DNA of 63,790 bases, filler included. It is 7 parts of 7 records of this genome, joined end to end, with 100 filler letters (N's around TTAATTAATTAA, not from the genome) between each part and the next. Parts side by side here need not be neighbours in the genome. Positions count along the whole stretch, not along the records: positions 28,924 to 44,090 come from SRR31147125_1493; 6 more parts are not named here. One strand, given 5' to 3'. Numbering within the stretch: the stretch's first letter is position 1; every line of letters starts with the position of its first letter. The translations under genes were made by a program, and so were the position numbers. Of this stretch, positions 31,937 through 42,934 are shown one piece after another. The notes under the pieces are model-generated. The model worked only from the letters and a program-made list of their open reading frames with translations. It did no database searches and was not told where the DNA came from.

Positions 31937-33291
31937 TTACGCTTTTAAGTTGGTTTTAGGTTGTTGTTTGCTGTCTTGTTTTATTGGTATAGATACTGTA
32001 AAAGTGGAGCCTTTTCCTTCAGTCGAATCCACATAAATACTGCCATTGTGTTTTTTAATGATATTGTCGCTAAGTGCAAGACCAATACCAGAACCAGAAC
32101 CCGGTTGTTTTGTTGTAAACCCATATTGAAAGATGTTATATATATTATTAACGCTAATGCCGCATCCAGTATCTTTAAATTTAATATAAACATTTTTATC
32201 ATCACAGGATGTAGATAGTGTTACTTCACCTTTTTTCAATGGACTGTATTGCATTTATAAATATATTCATAAATACTTGATTAATAAGCCCTATATGACA
32301 AGCTATTTTAGTAATATCGCCATAATCTGTATGAACAACAACACGGTTTTTATGTAAGTTTGTTGTTAAAATAACAACACTGTTTAGGCTTTTGTGGATA
32401 TCCACTTCCATAAAGTCCGCTTGATCTATTCTAGAATACAGTTTCAAACTTCTAATAATCTTATCTATTCTAGTGCATGCATCCTCAGACAATTCCCTCG
32501 CCTCTACAATCTCATGTTTAATTTCGCTTATTTCATCGCGGCTCATATCTTTAGTGATCGATTCTGAAAACATTTTAATCAAATTCACATTCGCATTAAT
32601 CGCTCCAAGCGGCGTGTTTATTTCGTGAGTTATTGCTGCTGTAAGCTGACCTACTGATGCCATTTTTTCTGATTGTGTGATTACCTCGTTATAATTAATC
32701 ATTTTATCTAAAAGTCTATTGGTCGCAACAGACATCTCATAAACCTCTTTAACTTTGCTTCGATCAACATCAATAGTAGGTGCAACTGTTTCAAATTCTT
32801 CATCTGCCAATCTGTTTAGTTGTGCTATTAATCTATTTAGTGGGCTTAAAATAGGCTTTGTAACAAAGTTTGCAACTATCCCCATAATAATCATAATTAA
32901 TAACGCAATTGAAATTGTAATAACAGCAAGTGCTGCGTATAATGTAGCCATCAATTTAGAATCTACTCCAACGCTAACACGACCGCAAGCTTGTCCATCA
33001 GACGTATAAAGGGTTTTAATGTAATAATCCTGAGGGGTTTCATTTTCTATATTTTCTGTAATATCATCCTTAAAATCAAATGCAACATCGTCTGAAGTAT
33101 CTTTTGAAATACGCTTTTCTTTATTTTCCTCTATTTTTTCCTCTAATATATCCTTTACTGTATCTAAAAAAAAACGTGCTTCCTTGTTGTCTGTATACAA
33201 CAGTATCATTAACAATTACTTCTATAGATAAATAAGGCACAGTTTGGTTTAAAACTCTTATATCGCTTGCTAGTTTAGATTGATCATCCAT
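31937..33291 (-). CDS. HAMP sensor histidine kinase (frameshifts at A9 33166-33174 and T6 32231-32236; first TM helix apparently missing, possibly pseudogene)
   Basis: SEKMASVGQLTAAITHEINTPL, NQVFMNIFINAIQS, DTGCGI, FTTK and GSGIGL. Confidence 0.78.
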
Positions 33292-33501
33292 TACAATCAA
33301 TCCAGGTTAATTTCAACATTCTTATATGAATATTTCATGAATGTTTATAATAAAGTTAGCTATTGTTATACATTTTATATTTAAATAGATTATAAGCTTA
33401 TAAACTATGTCTAACATAACTTAAAAGCACTTAAAATCAAAGATTTATTTTATAAAATATGTTAAAATAAAGTATAAGATTTACCATGGAGGTGCAGAAT
33501 C

Positions 33502-34020
33502 ATGTTGGACAAAAATGCAATCTTGCAAGCGGCCAAAAATGAAGCATTTGCCCGCTGTAGGTATGAAATTTTTGCACAAGTAGCAAGAGAAGAAGGCTTG
33601 CATTATTTTGCAAAAATATTAGAAGAAACTGCTCGTAATGAGTTGTCACATTTCAAGGAGTTTATGACTATTCTAGGTCAAATTTCCGATACTAAAACCA
33701 ATCTTAAAGTCGCTATTAAAAGCGAGCACGAAGAATCAAACGATATATACCCAAAGTTGCACGAACAAGCGATGTGCGATGGAAAACTCAATACTGCTCG
33801 TCTCTTTCAACAGATAGGAAAAATAGAGCAACGACATAAACAAAGGCTAGAGCGATTGTCAGAAATTTTGGATAAAGATAGTGTTTATGTTAGGGATAAA
33901 AGGATAAAGTGGAAATGTCGCGTGTGTGGTTATATCCACGAAGCAATGCGCCCTCCTAATATGTGCCCTGGCTGTCAAAGCGGAATAGATGCTTATGAGC
34001 CAGAAGATTTTAGTATATAG
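33502..34020 (+). CDS. rbr: Rubrerythrin
   Basis: Diiron ligands (NEAFA, NELSH, EHEE, EQRH) plus C-terminal rubredoxin-like WKCRVCGY…CPGC. Confidence 0.9.
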   Translation: MLDKNAILQAAKNEAFARCRYEIFAQVAREEGLHYFAKILEETARNELSHFKEFMTILGQISDTKTNLKVAIKSEHEESNDIYPKLHEQAMCDGKLNTARLFQQIGKIEQRHKQRLERLSEILDKDSVYVRDKRIKWKCRVCGYIHEAMRPPNMCPGCQSGIDAYEPEDFSI

Positions 34021-34031
34021 GGGGATATTTT

Positions 34032-35462
34032 ATGAAATATGAATGCGGCGTATGTAAATATGTATATGATGAAAATACAGCATCAAACACATTTGAAGAT
34101 TTAAGCGAAGGATGGGTTTGCCCTGTTTGTAATGCGGCCAAAGTCTATTTTAATAAGCTTGAATCAACGGACGATAATACAGAGGAAAAAGAAACAAGCC
34201 AACAAGAAGAACCTAAAGTTGAAACTAACAGTAAAGATTTATCGTATTTAAGCGGTTTTGAAAGGCATGACGACGATATAGAGCCCCATATGGATGTTAT
34301 TCATTACATAGCAAAAACAGGCGAATCTTATATTGAGCCTATGAAATCTAAAATTGAAACTGTTTCATGGGACGATATTTTAATCCTCGGCGCACAGCTG
34401 GACAAAATTGTATTAAATGAGCATGAAAAAGTAAGCACAACGACAATTATAGGAAAAAACGCAAAACAACCACTCATCATTGAAAACCCCGTTTTTATAA
34501 CACATATGTCCTTTGGAGCACTTTCAAAAGAGCTTAAAGTTTCGCTTTCAAAAGGCTCTGCCGCTGCTAAAACTGCAATGTGTAGCGGAGAGGGTGGGAT
34601 TCTTCCTGAATCTATGAACGAGGCATATAAATATATTTTTGAATATGTTCCTAACAAGTATAGTGTAACTGACGAAAACTTAAAAGCCGTTGATGCTATA
34701 GAGGTTAAGATTGGACAAGGGTCTAAGCCTGGTATGGGCGGGCACTTACCGGGCGAAAAGGTAACCGATGAAATTGCTAAAATTCGCGATAAAGAGATAG
34801 GCAAAGATATTATCAGCCCATCAAAGTTTGATGAGATTAAAAACAAAGACGATCTTAAAGCTTTGATTGATGATTTGCGCATAAAATCAGATGGCAGACC
34901 TATTGGAATTAAGATTGCAGCAGGCCATATTGAAAAGGATTTAGCTGTTGTAGCTTATGCAAAACCTGACTTTGTTACAATTGATGGTCGAGCTGGAGGT
35001 ACTGGTGCTAGTCCTAAACTTATTAAGGACGCTACCACTATCCCTACCATTTTTGCTCTTTCAAGAGCTCGAAAGTATTTAGATGACAACAATTTAGACA
35101 TGTCACTCATCATTACAGGAGGGCTTCGAGTTTCTTCAGACTATGCTAAAGCTTTAGCTATGGGTGCCGATGCAATTGCAATAGGGACTTCGGCAATGAT
35201 GGCGGCGGCGTGTCAGCAGTATCGTGTTTGCAACACAGGAAAATGCCCAGTTGGTGTTGCAACGCAGAATAAGGACTTAAGAGCAAGACTTAATCAAGAC
35301 AATTGTGCTGCTAGACTCTATAATTATTTAAAAGTAACTTTAAAAGAGCTTAAAACTTTTGCTAGAATTACAGGAAACGATGATGTGCACAAATTATCTT
35401 ATGACGATTTATGTACAACGAATTCAGAAATTTCTGAGCACACTGATATTAAACACGCTTAA
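34032..35462 (+). CDS. Rubredoxin fused to stand-alone glutamate synthase FMN-binding domain (GltB2-like)
   Basis: YECGVCKYVY…WVCPVC; MSFGALS, SGEGG, EVKIGQGSKPGMGGHLPGEKV, DGRAGGTGA, KALAMGAD and CQQYRVCNTGKCPVGVATQ. Confidence 0.9.
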   Translation: MKYECGVCKYVYDENTASNTFEDLSEGWVCPVCNAAKVYFNKLESTDDNTEEKETSQQEEPKVETNSKDLSYLSGFERHDDDIEPHMDVIHYIAKTGESYIEPMKSKIETVSWDDILILGAQLDKIVLNEHEKVSTTTIIGKNAKQPLIIENPVFITHMSFGALSKELKVSLSKGSAAAKTAMCSGEGGILPESMNEAYKYIFEYVPNKYSVTDENLKAVDAIEVKIGQGSKPGMGGHLPGEKVTDEIAKIRDKEIGKDIISPSKFDEIKNKDDLKALIDDLRIKSDGRPIGIKIAAGHIEKDLAVVAYAKPDFVTIDGRAGGTGASPKLIKDATTIPTIFALSRARKYLDDNNLDMSLIITGGLRVSSDYAKALAMGADAIAIGTSAMMAAACQQYRVCNTGKCPVGVATQNKDLRARLNQDNCAARLYNYLKVTLKELKTFARITGNDDVHKLSYDDLCTTNSEISEHTDIKHA

Positions 35463-35481
35463 AAACTGAAGGGAGGCTATT

Positions 35482-36009
35482 ATGTCAAGAATTATTGAAG
35501 AAGTAAAAGGTCTGTATAAAGTTATAGATTTTAGAGCTTTTAGAAAAACAAAAGGTGTCATCTTTGACTTAATCCCAGTACAAGAGATAGGTGTAATTGG
35601 TTCTATAGATAGGGTTTTACATGACAGTAACGCCTTTTCTCCTGGAAGAGTTGAAGATGTTGAGAGACCTTGGTATATGCATCCATATCAAAAGGATAAC
35701 CTTGTCGTTTTAAACGGTATAAGATATGTAGATATCTATACTCCACAACATGGCAAAATAGAAAGCTTCACCGTTACTCCTAATAGCGTATATAGAGGTG
35801 ATAAACTTATTGCTGATGAAGGAGCAATGCTTGTTTGGTCAAAAGGAGTTTTTCACCGAATCATTAGTGGAGAAGGCGGTTCAGCATCTATAAACCTTGC
35901 TGTGCACTATACAGGTTATGATATAAAGACCAACTTTAATATTTATGATGTAGATACCACAACAGGCGAGTATAAAATAATAAGAGATGGCTTTTTGGAT
36001 CAGCATTAA
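35482..36009 (+). CDS. Conserved hypothetical cupin-like protein
   Basis: WYMHPYQKDNL … GVFHR metal-binding pattern; GGGAGG RBS; co-oriented with the upstream genes. Confidence 0.65.
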   Translation: MSRIIEEVKGLYKVIDFRAFRKTKGVIFDLIPVQEIGVIGSIDRVLHDSNAFSPGRVEDVERPWYMHPYQKDNLVVLNGIRYVDIYTPQHGKIESFTVTPNSVYRGDKLIADEGAMLVWSKGVFHRIISGEGGSASINLAVHYTGYDIKTNFNIYDVDTTTGEYKIIRDGFLDQH

Positions 36010-36031
36010 AAACAAATTGATAGAAGAACAT

Positions 36032-36059
36032 AAAGCGCGCTGATTTTCAGCGTGCTTTT
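36032..36059. terminator. Bidirectional terminator
   Basis: AAAGCGCGCTGA-TTT-TCAGCGTGCTTTT between convergent genes. Confidence 0.8.
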
Positions 36060-37778
36060 AATGAGCTTTTAATGTTAATACAACACAAGTTCCCTTGCCT
36101 ATTTTGGATTTGATACTAACGCCATAATCTTGCCCGTAAGCTAGCTTTATTCTTTGATCTACATTACTAATTCCAACGCCTCCAAGCTTAGATTGATTCG
36201 AATCAGATTTTTCTTTAGAATCATCAAATCCAACTCCATTATCCGTTATTTCGATTATAATATCGCCTTCTTTTTTGTAAGCTATTATGTTTATTTCTCC
36301 AATACCCTCTTTTGGTCTTATCCCATGATAAATAGCGTTTTCAACAATCGGCTGCACTATAATTTTAGGTATTTTCATACTTTTTATATCTTCATCCACA
36401 GATATTTTATAGCGCATATCATCATACCGTTTGCTTTGAATATAAAGGTATTGTCTTGTATGTTCAAATTCAGATTCCAGCGAAACATGCTCTTCACCAT
36501 TACTGAGTGATAGCCTAAAAAGCTTGCCAGCGATTTTGTAATATCTATAACTTCCTTGTGGTCTTTAAATTCTGCCATCCATATAATCGTATCTAGTGTA
36601 TTATACAAAAAGTGAGGGTTTATTTGACTTCGAAGTGCATTTAACTCATAAAGTTTCATAGAATCTGCATTATACTTTACTTCACTGACCAAAACTTTTA
36701 TGGTTTTTACCATCTCGTTAAACTGTATAGATAAGCTTTGAGCTTCATAACAAGCAGAATCATCTACATCAATCATTTTAAAGGATTCATCAAACTCTCT
36801 CATCTTTTTTTCCAACTTACTTATTGGTCTTGTAACACGACGAGACATATAAACAGCAATGCTGATTACGATTAGTATCAACAAAGCACCGACTAAAATA
36901 AATATATTAAGCATACGAATTTTCATAGAAGTAAGTTCATCCATAGAATCTACAGCTACCAAAGTCCAATATTCATTGTTGATTTTATATTTGTGAAGCA
37001 AGGTGTTTGTATCAGCATCATACCCTACTTCCATTTTCGCAAACTCATTCAGCTCAAATATTTTTTCACTATCGGTAAAATATGTTGGATCATGATGAAA
37101 GACAAGGTCTCCATTGTTATCCAAAATAAATGCATAGCCATTGGATCCTAAATCTTGTCTCATAATATAATCTTCTATTACATGATAATCAACTTCTATC
37201 ATTATAATGCCTAAATGCACACCACTTTCATCACATATATCTTTAGAAAGCGATATCACCCAAGAACTCTTTTCAGCTGATAATTCCGTCATCTTTGTAC
37301 CAGAAAGCATAGGCATACCACTACAATGGACGGCATTTTCATACCATTCTTGATTATCTATATCAGAAGAAAATTCCATATCAAGCTTATCTTCATTTGT
37401 AGAAATCACTTTGCCATCTTTAGAAATTACCGTAATAGATTTAAAGTATTTATCGCTGCGCATCGTAGAATCAATGATACTATTTACATCATTTTGCAAA
37501 GATTCTTCTTGATCACTTAAACCAGTTACAAAACGATTTATCTGCGGATTACTAGCAAGGTTATTGGATACAAACTCTAGTTTTTTTAAGTAGTCCTCTA
37601 TATATTCGCCACTGTTTTCCAATGCGTTTTTTGTATAGCTTATAGATTGTTCCATAATAATAGCTGATAGAGCACTATATAAAAGAACCGCCGAAATTAT
37701 AACAGCAATAATTGTTACTAACAAAAAGTAAAGGGAAGTTTGTACAGCAATACGATTAAAAAATTTATTCTTCAACAT
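36058..37778 (-). CDS. YesM-family sensor histidine kinase (Cache-HAMP; frameshift at A5 36517-36521)
   Basis: LRSQINPHFLYNTLDTIIWMAE; restored FFRLSLSNGEE; QPIVENAIYHG, DNGVGF and GVGISNVDQRIKL. Confidence 0.92.
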
Positions 37779-38541
37779 GTTTTTCTCCGGCTGTTTTCCT
37801 AAAATCACTAGGCGAAAGTTTCGTTTGCTTTTTAAATACAGAGCTAAAGTAATTTGTATCCTCAAAACCTGTTTTGGCTGCTACCTCGTACACTTTCATT
37901 TTTGTACTAAGCAGCAATAACTTCGCTTTCGAAATTCTAAGTTTACCCATATAATCTTGAAAATTTTGACCAAATAAATCCTTAAATTTACCACTCAAGT
38001 AACCAGAGCTAAGCGAAAGCTCTTGGGCTAATTTTTCAAGGCTAAAATCACAGTTTTCGATATTAGTCTCTATTATGTTGTTAATTTTAGATTTATAATC
38101 ATCGCCATCACTGTTTAAATCCCCTATTTGCTCAGAAATCTGAATAGCAGTTTTATTGGATTTTTCTATATGTAATTTTTCGACCAATTTTTTTAGCAAT
38201 ATTGAAATATCTTCTTTGGATATCGGCTTTAATATATAATCGTCAACACCTGCTTTTAACGCAGAAACTGCATAGTCAAAGTAGTCGTAGCCAGTTATCA
38301 TCGCTATTTTTGATGATGGCAAAAACTTTCTAACTTCTCTGCAAAAATCCAAGCCGTTCATAATAGGCATATTGATATCCGCCAAAATAATATCGGGCAA
38401 TTTTTCTTTCGAAAGCTTCAAAGCCTCAGCACCATTTGATGCTTCGAAAACCTCTATTATCCCCAAGCTTTTCATATCAATAAGCTCAATAATGCCTCGA
38501 CGCATCAACTTTTCATCATCTACAACCATCAATTTATACAT
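37765..38541 (-). CDS. YesN-family response regulator (REC + AraC HTH)
   Basis: LMVVDDE, DINMP, ITGYDYFDYA, YILKP and YFSSVFKKQTKLSP. Confidence 0.93.
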   Translation of the reverse strand: MYKLMVVDDEKLMRRGIIELIDMKSLGIIEVFEASNGAEALKLSKEKLPDIILADINMPIMNGLDFCREVRKFLPSSKIAMITGYDYFDYAVSALKAGVDDYILKPISKEDISILLKKLVEKLHIEKSNKTAIQISEQIGDLNSDGDDYKSKINNIIETNIENCDFSLEKLAQELSLSSGYLSGKFKDLFGQNFQDYMGKLRISKAKLLLLSTKMKVYEVAAKTGFEDTNYFSSVFKKQTKLSPSDFRKTAGEKHVEE

Positions 38542-38566
38542 TATTTCTCTCCCAAGTTTAATATAT

Positions 38567-38604
38567 AAAAAAACCAAAGCAGAAGCTATCCTCCGCTTTG
38601 GTTT
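38567..38604 (-). terminator. Terminator-like hairpin between msrAB and the response regulator
   Basis: AAACCAAAGC…GCTTTGGTTT stem, followed by a T-run on the minus strand. Confidence 0.7.
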
Positions 38605-38623
38605 AATGATACTCCTTTATGCT

Positions 38624-39757
38624 TTATTTAGCAACATCCAGTAAAAATCCATAGCCTTGCTCTTGCATATCTTCTTTTGCAACAAACCTTATTGAAGCAC
38701 TATTAATACAATATCTTAAGCCGCCTCTGTCCTCAGGTCCATCCTCAAAAACATGGCCTAGATGAATATCACCCACCCTGCTTCTAACCTCAACACGTTT
38801 CATGTTATAAGAATAATCTGCATGCTCTATAACAACATCTTTATTAATTGGCTTTACAAAACTTGGCCATCCACAGCCAGAATCATATTTATCCTCAGAT
38901 GCAAAAAGCGGTTCACCTGTTACTATATCAACATAAATACCTGCTTCATGGTTGTCAAAATATTCATTAGAATAAGGTCTCTCTGTTGCGTTTTCCTGCG
39001 CTACAGCGTACTGCTCTGGCGTTAGCATCTCTTTTATAGTCTCGTCATCAGGAACACTATAATCGTTTGGGTCTATAAAAATCTCTTTATCCTCCAAAGG
39101 TTCATCTAATTTAGAAAAGTCAATATGGCAGTATCCATTTGGATTTTTCTGCAAATAATCCTGATGATATTCTTCTGCTTCAAAGAAATGTTCTAAAGGT
39201 AAAACTTCAACTACAATCGGCTTTTCATACTTTTGTTGTTCATTTGCAATAACTTCATTTATGACTGATACATCACTTTCATGCTTATAATAGATTCCAG
39301 ACCTATATTGAGCACCCGCATCATTACCTTGTTTGTCCTCCGATGTAGGGTCAACAACTCTAAAGTAATACTCAAGTAAAGACTTTAAATCAACGATGTT
39401 AGCATCGTATCTTACAAAAACCGTTTCAGCGTGTCCACTATTTCTATAACAAACATCCTCATAGGTTGGGTTTTCTGTATTGCCATTCGCATATCCCGAA
39501 ACAACATCATACACACCATCTATTCTAGAAAAATACTCTTCTACTCCCCAAAAGCATCCGCCCGCTAACCATATTTCACTTAAGTTTTCCACATCCATTT
39601 CATTCATTGTTTTTTCCTCTTCTTTTTCTTCGGTTATTTCTTTATCTTCGATCATTTCTTTATCTGTAGCATCAAGTATGCTTTTTTTAGGAGCACACCC
39701 AACTGCAACCGCTGATATGATTAAAATTAAACATACTAATATTATTACGTTTTTCAT
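38624..39757 (-). CDS. msrAB: Lipoprotein peptide methionine sulfoxide reductase MsrA/MsrB fusion
   Basis: Lipobox AVGC; GGCFWG and AEEYHQDYL (MsrA); [14 protein letters not shown] and RYCINS (MsrB). Confidence 0.96.
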   Translation of the reverse strand: MKNVIILVCLILIISAVAVGCAPKKSILDATDKEMIEDKEITEEKEEEKTMNEMDVENLSEIWLAGGCFWGVEEYFSRIDGVYDVVSGYANGNTENPTYEDVCYRNSGHAETVFVRYDANIVDLKSLLEYYFRVVDPTSEDKQGNDAGAQYRSGIYYKHESDVSVINEVIANEQQKYEKPIVVEVLPLEHFFEAEEYHQDYLQKNPNGYCHIDFSKLDEPLEDKEIFIDPNDYSVPDDETIKEMLTPEQYAVAQENATERPYSNEYFDNHEAGIYVDIVTGEPLFASEDKYDSGCGWPSFVKPINKDVVIEHADYSYNMKRVEVRSRVGDIHLGHVFEDGPEDRGGLRYCINSASIRFVAKEDMQEQGYGFLLDVAK

Positions 39758-39794
39758 CTAACTTGCCCCTTTCTTAGTAATTATTATGTACGAA

Positions 39795-40073
39795 TCATTC
39801 TAGGTCCTTTGAAGTGTTTTCAAGCTTACAATCATCACACTTGTCACAATTTGATGATTCAATTTCTTTTCCACAGTCCGCACATTCCGTTTCAGCTTTT
39901 AAATCCTCTGGTGGTACATATTCGCTAGGCACACTACAAGCAGAACAGCCTGATGTCGTAACTAGATTTGAAACATCCTCAACTTTCGCTTGTGCTTGCC
40001 AATTATCTACATGACATCCTGCCATAAAAACAATAATCATAAGCAGAACCATTACTATCATAAATTTTCTCAT
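39795..40073 (-). CDS. Small Cys-rich lipoprotein of unknown function
   Basis: AAGGAG RBS; lipobox MAGC; CSAC, CADC and CDKCDDC motifs. Confidence 0.7.
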   Translation of the reverse strand: MRKFMIVMVLLMIIVFMAGCHVDNWQAQAKVEDVSNLVTTSGCSACSVPSEYVPPEDLKAETECADCGKEIESSNCDKCDDCKLENTSKDLE

Positions 40074-40111
40074 TCTTTTCTCCTTTTTATAGATCTTTGA
40101 TATCGAATCTA

Positions 40112-40726
40112 TCATTCGACATCTTTCATCTTTTCAAAAATCGCCTCGTTTGTATTGTGTCCTATTGCAGAACCTACAATTTCGTCGTTAGAATCGATGT
40201 AGTAAGATGTTGGAAAGGCTCTTACCCTAGCATCTGTAAAAAACTCACCTTCCATATCCATAAAGATTTCTATATTTGGGTAGTCAGATTCAAGCCCCTG
40301 CCACCATTCGATTAATTTTTCTTCGCTCATTTCGCCGAATTGGTCTGGCGCAACTACACTTATAACTCTAAAATCGGTTTCAGATCCATAAAGCTCGTTT
40401 AATTCATCTAAACCAGAAAGGCACACAGAGCACCATGAAGCCCAAACTTTTACATAAGTTTTTTGTCCGTCAAACAAATTAACTTCCTCGCCATCAAATG
40501 ATTTAACAATATAACTCGGCTTATCTTGTTTTACTTCCTCTTGTTTCATTTCTTCCTCAGCCTCTGTTTCCTCTATTTTTTGCTCTTCAACTACAGTTTG
40601 TTTTTCCTTAACATCATCCATCACTGTTTCCTGCATTTTAGGTGCACATGCTGATAACGCCACAGTCCCTACTAATACCAATGCTATACTAGCTAATCTA
40701 TTAAATTTCATCATCTCTTCCTCCAT
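40112..40726 (-). CDS. TlpA-family thioredoxin-like lipoprotein
   Basis: Lipobox LSAC; WASWCSVC; VRAFPTSYYID cis-Pro loop. Confidence 0.92.
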   Translation of the reverse strand: MEEEMMKFNRLASIALVLVGTVALSACAPKMQETVMDDVKEKQTVVEEQKIEETEAEEEMKQEEVKQDKPSYIVKSFDGEEVNLFDGQKTYVKVWASWCSVCLSGLDELNELYGSETDFRVISVVAPDQFGEMSEEKLIEWWQGLESDYPNIEIFMDMEGEFFTDARVRAFPTSYYIDSNDEIVGSAIGHNTNEAIFEKMKDVE

Positions 40727-40753
40727 ATTTTTTTAATTTATACCTTATAGCTT

Positions 40754-41452
40754 CTAACTTAAATATCTAAGCAATACATTCATCTGACCAGATATAAGCA
40801 AGATACCCATTAGAATTATAATGATTCCACCGACCAATTTAAGTTTAGGTAAGTGCTTGTTTAGTTTGCGTACCTTCACCAGTAATACATTTGCAAACAC
40901 AGCTATCACTAAAAAGGGAATCGCTAAACCAAGTGTATAAACGCCCATCATAGCTGCACCGTAGGCAGATGTTGCTCCACTTGCCGATAAAGCTAAAATA
41001 GCTGCCAATACTGGTCCTACACATGGTGTCCATCCAAAGCTGAACGCAAAACCTAAAAGGTATGCTCCTATCCAATCGCCTGCTCTGCTTCTTTTTATAT
41101 CAATACGCTTTTCTCTCATTAGAAAAGGTATCTTTATAATTTCCATTTGCAAAATTCCTAATAGAATTACGATAATGCCTGCAACTGTTAAAAACCATCT
41201 ACTATATATAAAACCACCAATAAGTCCAGCTCCAAACCCCAGTGTTACAAATACTGTGGATAGTCCTAATATGAACAATAGTGTTTTTAAAATAAGTGAT
41301 GCATCATACTTTGTCTCTCCATTTTCATCGCTAACACTGCTTTTCCCTGCAAGTGTTGATATATATACAGGTAACAGCGGTAAGATACAAGGAGAAAAAA
41401 ACGATGCTACTCCCGCTAAAAAAACTGTTGTAATCAATAATTCCTGTGCCAT
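40754..41452 (-). CDS. ccdA: CcdA-family thiol-disulfide membrane electron transporter
   Basis: SFFSPCILPL and FGWTPCVGPVL. Confidence 0.95.
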   Translation of the reverse strand: MAQELLITTVFLAGVASFFSPCILPLLPVYISTLAGKSSVSDENGETKYDASLILKTLLFILGLSTVFVTLGFGAGLIGGFIYSRWFLTVAGIIVILLGILQMEIIKIPFLMREKRIDIKRSRAGDWIGAYLLGFAFSFGWTPCVGPVLAAILALSASGATSAYGAAMMGVYTLGLAIPFLVIAVFANVLLVKVRKLNKHLPKLKLVGGIIIILMGILLISGQMNVLLRYLS

Positions 41453-41483
41453 TTTTATTTCCTCCTAATCAATTTGTAGCTTA

Positions 41484-41529
41484 AGTATAATATCTACAAA
41501 AACCTTTATGAATAGACTGAGTTTATGAA
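41484..41529 (-). promoter_or_regulatory. ccdA operon promoter with direct repeat overlapping -35
   Basis: Minus strand: TTCATAAA-N9-TTCATAAA, then TATACT 17 nt after the TTCATA of the second copy. Confidence 0.55.
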
Positions 41530-41684
41530 AATCTTTGATATAATCATATTTATATGAATATCTTAATATTTTGCATATCTTTAGCTGTATTGTTTGTAAT
41601 ATAAGCTCAATAAAACCTTTATTATATGATATTATGTACATATATTTTTTATTAGGCGGCAGATTTTTATTAGGAGCAAGTTAA

Positions 41685-42830
41685 ATGAAAAAAACAAAAA
41701 GAAAATTCAAATTGATAAAAAGGCTACTTATAACGTTAATCGTTACCATTGTGCTGGTTTTGATTGTTATGATATCAGCGCCTCTCCCTGTTCCAGTTTT
41801 CTTGGCCAATAAATTTGCATTTTCCAACCCTACAGAAATCGTATACGATAGTCAAGGCACGTTAAATGTGCTTCTTGCTGATGGCGATATTGCTCCTGTT
41901 AGCAACAATGTTTGCGTATATGATATTGATGATTACATGGAAGAAAATCAAAGAACAGTCTATATCTACACACCACCGAATTTTGACGAAGACAAAACTT
42001 ATCCTGTTATGTTTTGCTTGCACGGTTTTGCTGCAAGACCAAATTTTTGGATACACAGTATTTTGCATACTATTGATACAGCAATAATTGACGGGCAATT
42101 AGATCCAATGGTAGTTGTTATCCCCGACGGCACAATTGGCGGTAATGGCTTGGATAACGAAAAAACCAAATACGATGATAGAGGCGGAGCTTGGTATATA
42201 GACAGTAAAGTATGCAGTTACGAAACTTATTTTATGGATATTCTGCCAAGCATAGTTGAAAAGTTTGCTAAAGTTTCGGACAACCCTAAAAAACGTGTAC
42301 TGATGGGTTCATCTATGGGTGGTTTTGGTAGTTTATATTACAGCGCAAAATATCCTGAACTTTTTAAAAACGCTATAGCTTTTTATCCTCCAACGGATTT
42401 AAATTATTCAATAAACGACGATAGATTGCTTGATTATGATGAAAAAAACTATGCATCCATCGATAAAGATAAACCTTTACGTATTGTAAATAAGTTATCC
42501 AATATGCTTGGTTTAACAGATGCATGGCTTTATTATCCTGTTTTTTCAACATTCGATATGCCAATTTATAAGGCAATGGAACAATATAATATTAAAACAA
42601 TTGTACAAGAAAACTCTAAAAATATGCAGGATACCAATTGGTATATTCTTGTGGGCGATAAGGATGACTTTAATTTTGATGCTCAATTAGATATGACTAA
42701 ACCTATGCTTGAAGAAACAGGAATCAACGTTTCGCCTGATTCAAATATAGTAGGCGGATACCACAACTTCCAAACGTTTTTTCCATACAGCATTGATATA
42801 GTAAATTGGATAGATAGTATTATCAGTTGA
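41685..42830 (+). CDS. Membrane-anchored putative esterase (alpha/beta hydrolase)
   Basis: IYTPP…YPVMFCLHG, GSSMGG nucleophile elbow, GDKDD and GYHN. Confidence 0.85.
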   Translation: MKKTKRKFKLIKRLLITLIVTIVLVLIVMISAPLPVPVFLANKFAFSNPTEIVYDSQGTLNVLLADGDIAPVSNNVCVYDIDDYMEENQRTVYIYTPPNFDEDKTYPVMFCLHGFAARPNFWIHSILHTIDTAIIDGQLDPMVVVIPDGTIGGNGLDNEKTKYDDRGGAWYIDSKVCSYETYFMDILPSIVEKFAKVSDNPKKRVLMGSSMGGFGSLYYSAKYPELFKNAIAFYPPTDLNYSINDDRLLDYDEKNYASIDKDKPLRIVNKLSNMLGLTDAWLYYPVFSTFDMPIYKAMEQYNIKTIVQENSKNMQDTNWYILVGDKDDFNFDAQLDMTKPMLEETGINVSPDSNIVGGYHNFQTFFPYSIDIVNWIDSIIS

Positions 42831-42847
42831 TAAAAACCACTTTCCAC

Positions 42848-42876
42848 TTGAAATACACCGTATTGTTCCTTATAAT
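42848..42876 (+). promoter_or_regulatory. SigA-type promoter
   Basis: TTGAAA-N17-TATAAT. Confidence 0.7.
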
Positions 42877-42934
42877 TGCTTTATAGAGTAACCGATTAAC
42901 CATTAAAATATAACAAGCTAAAGGAGATCAATAA

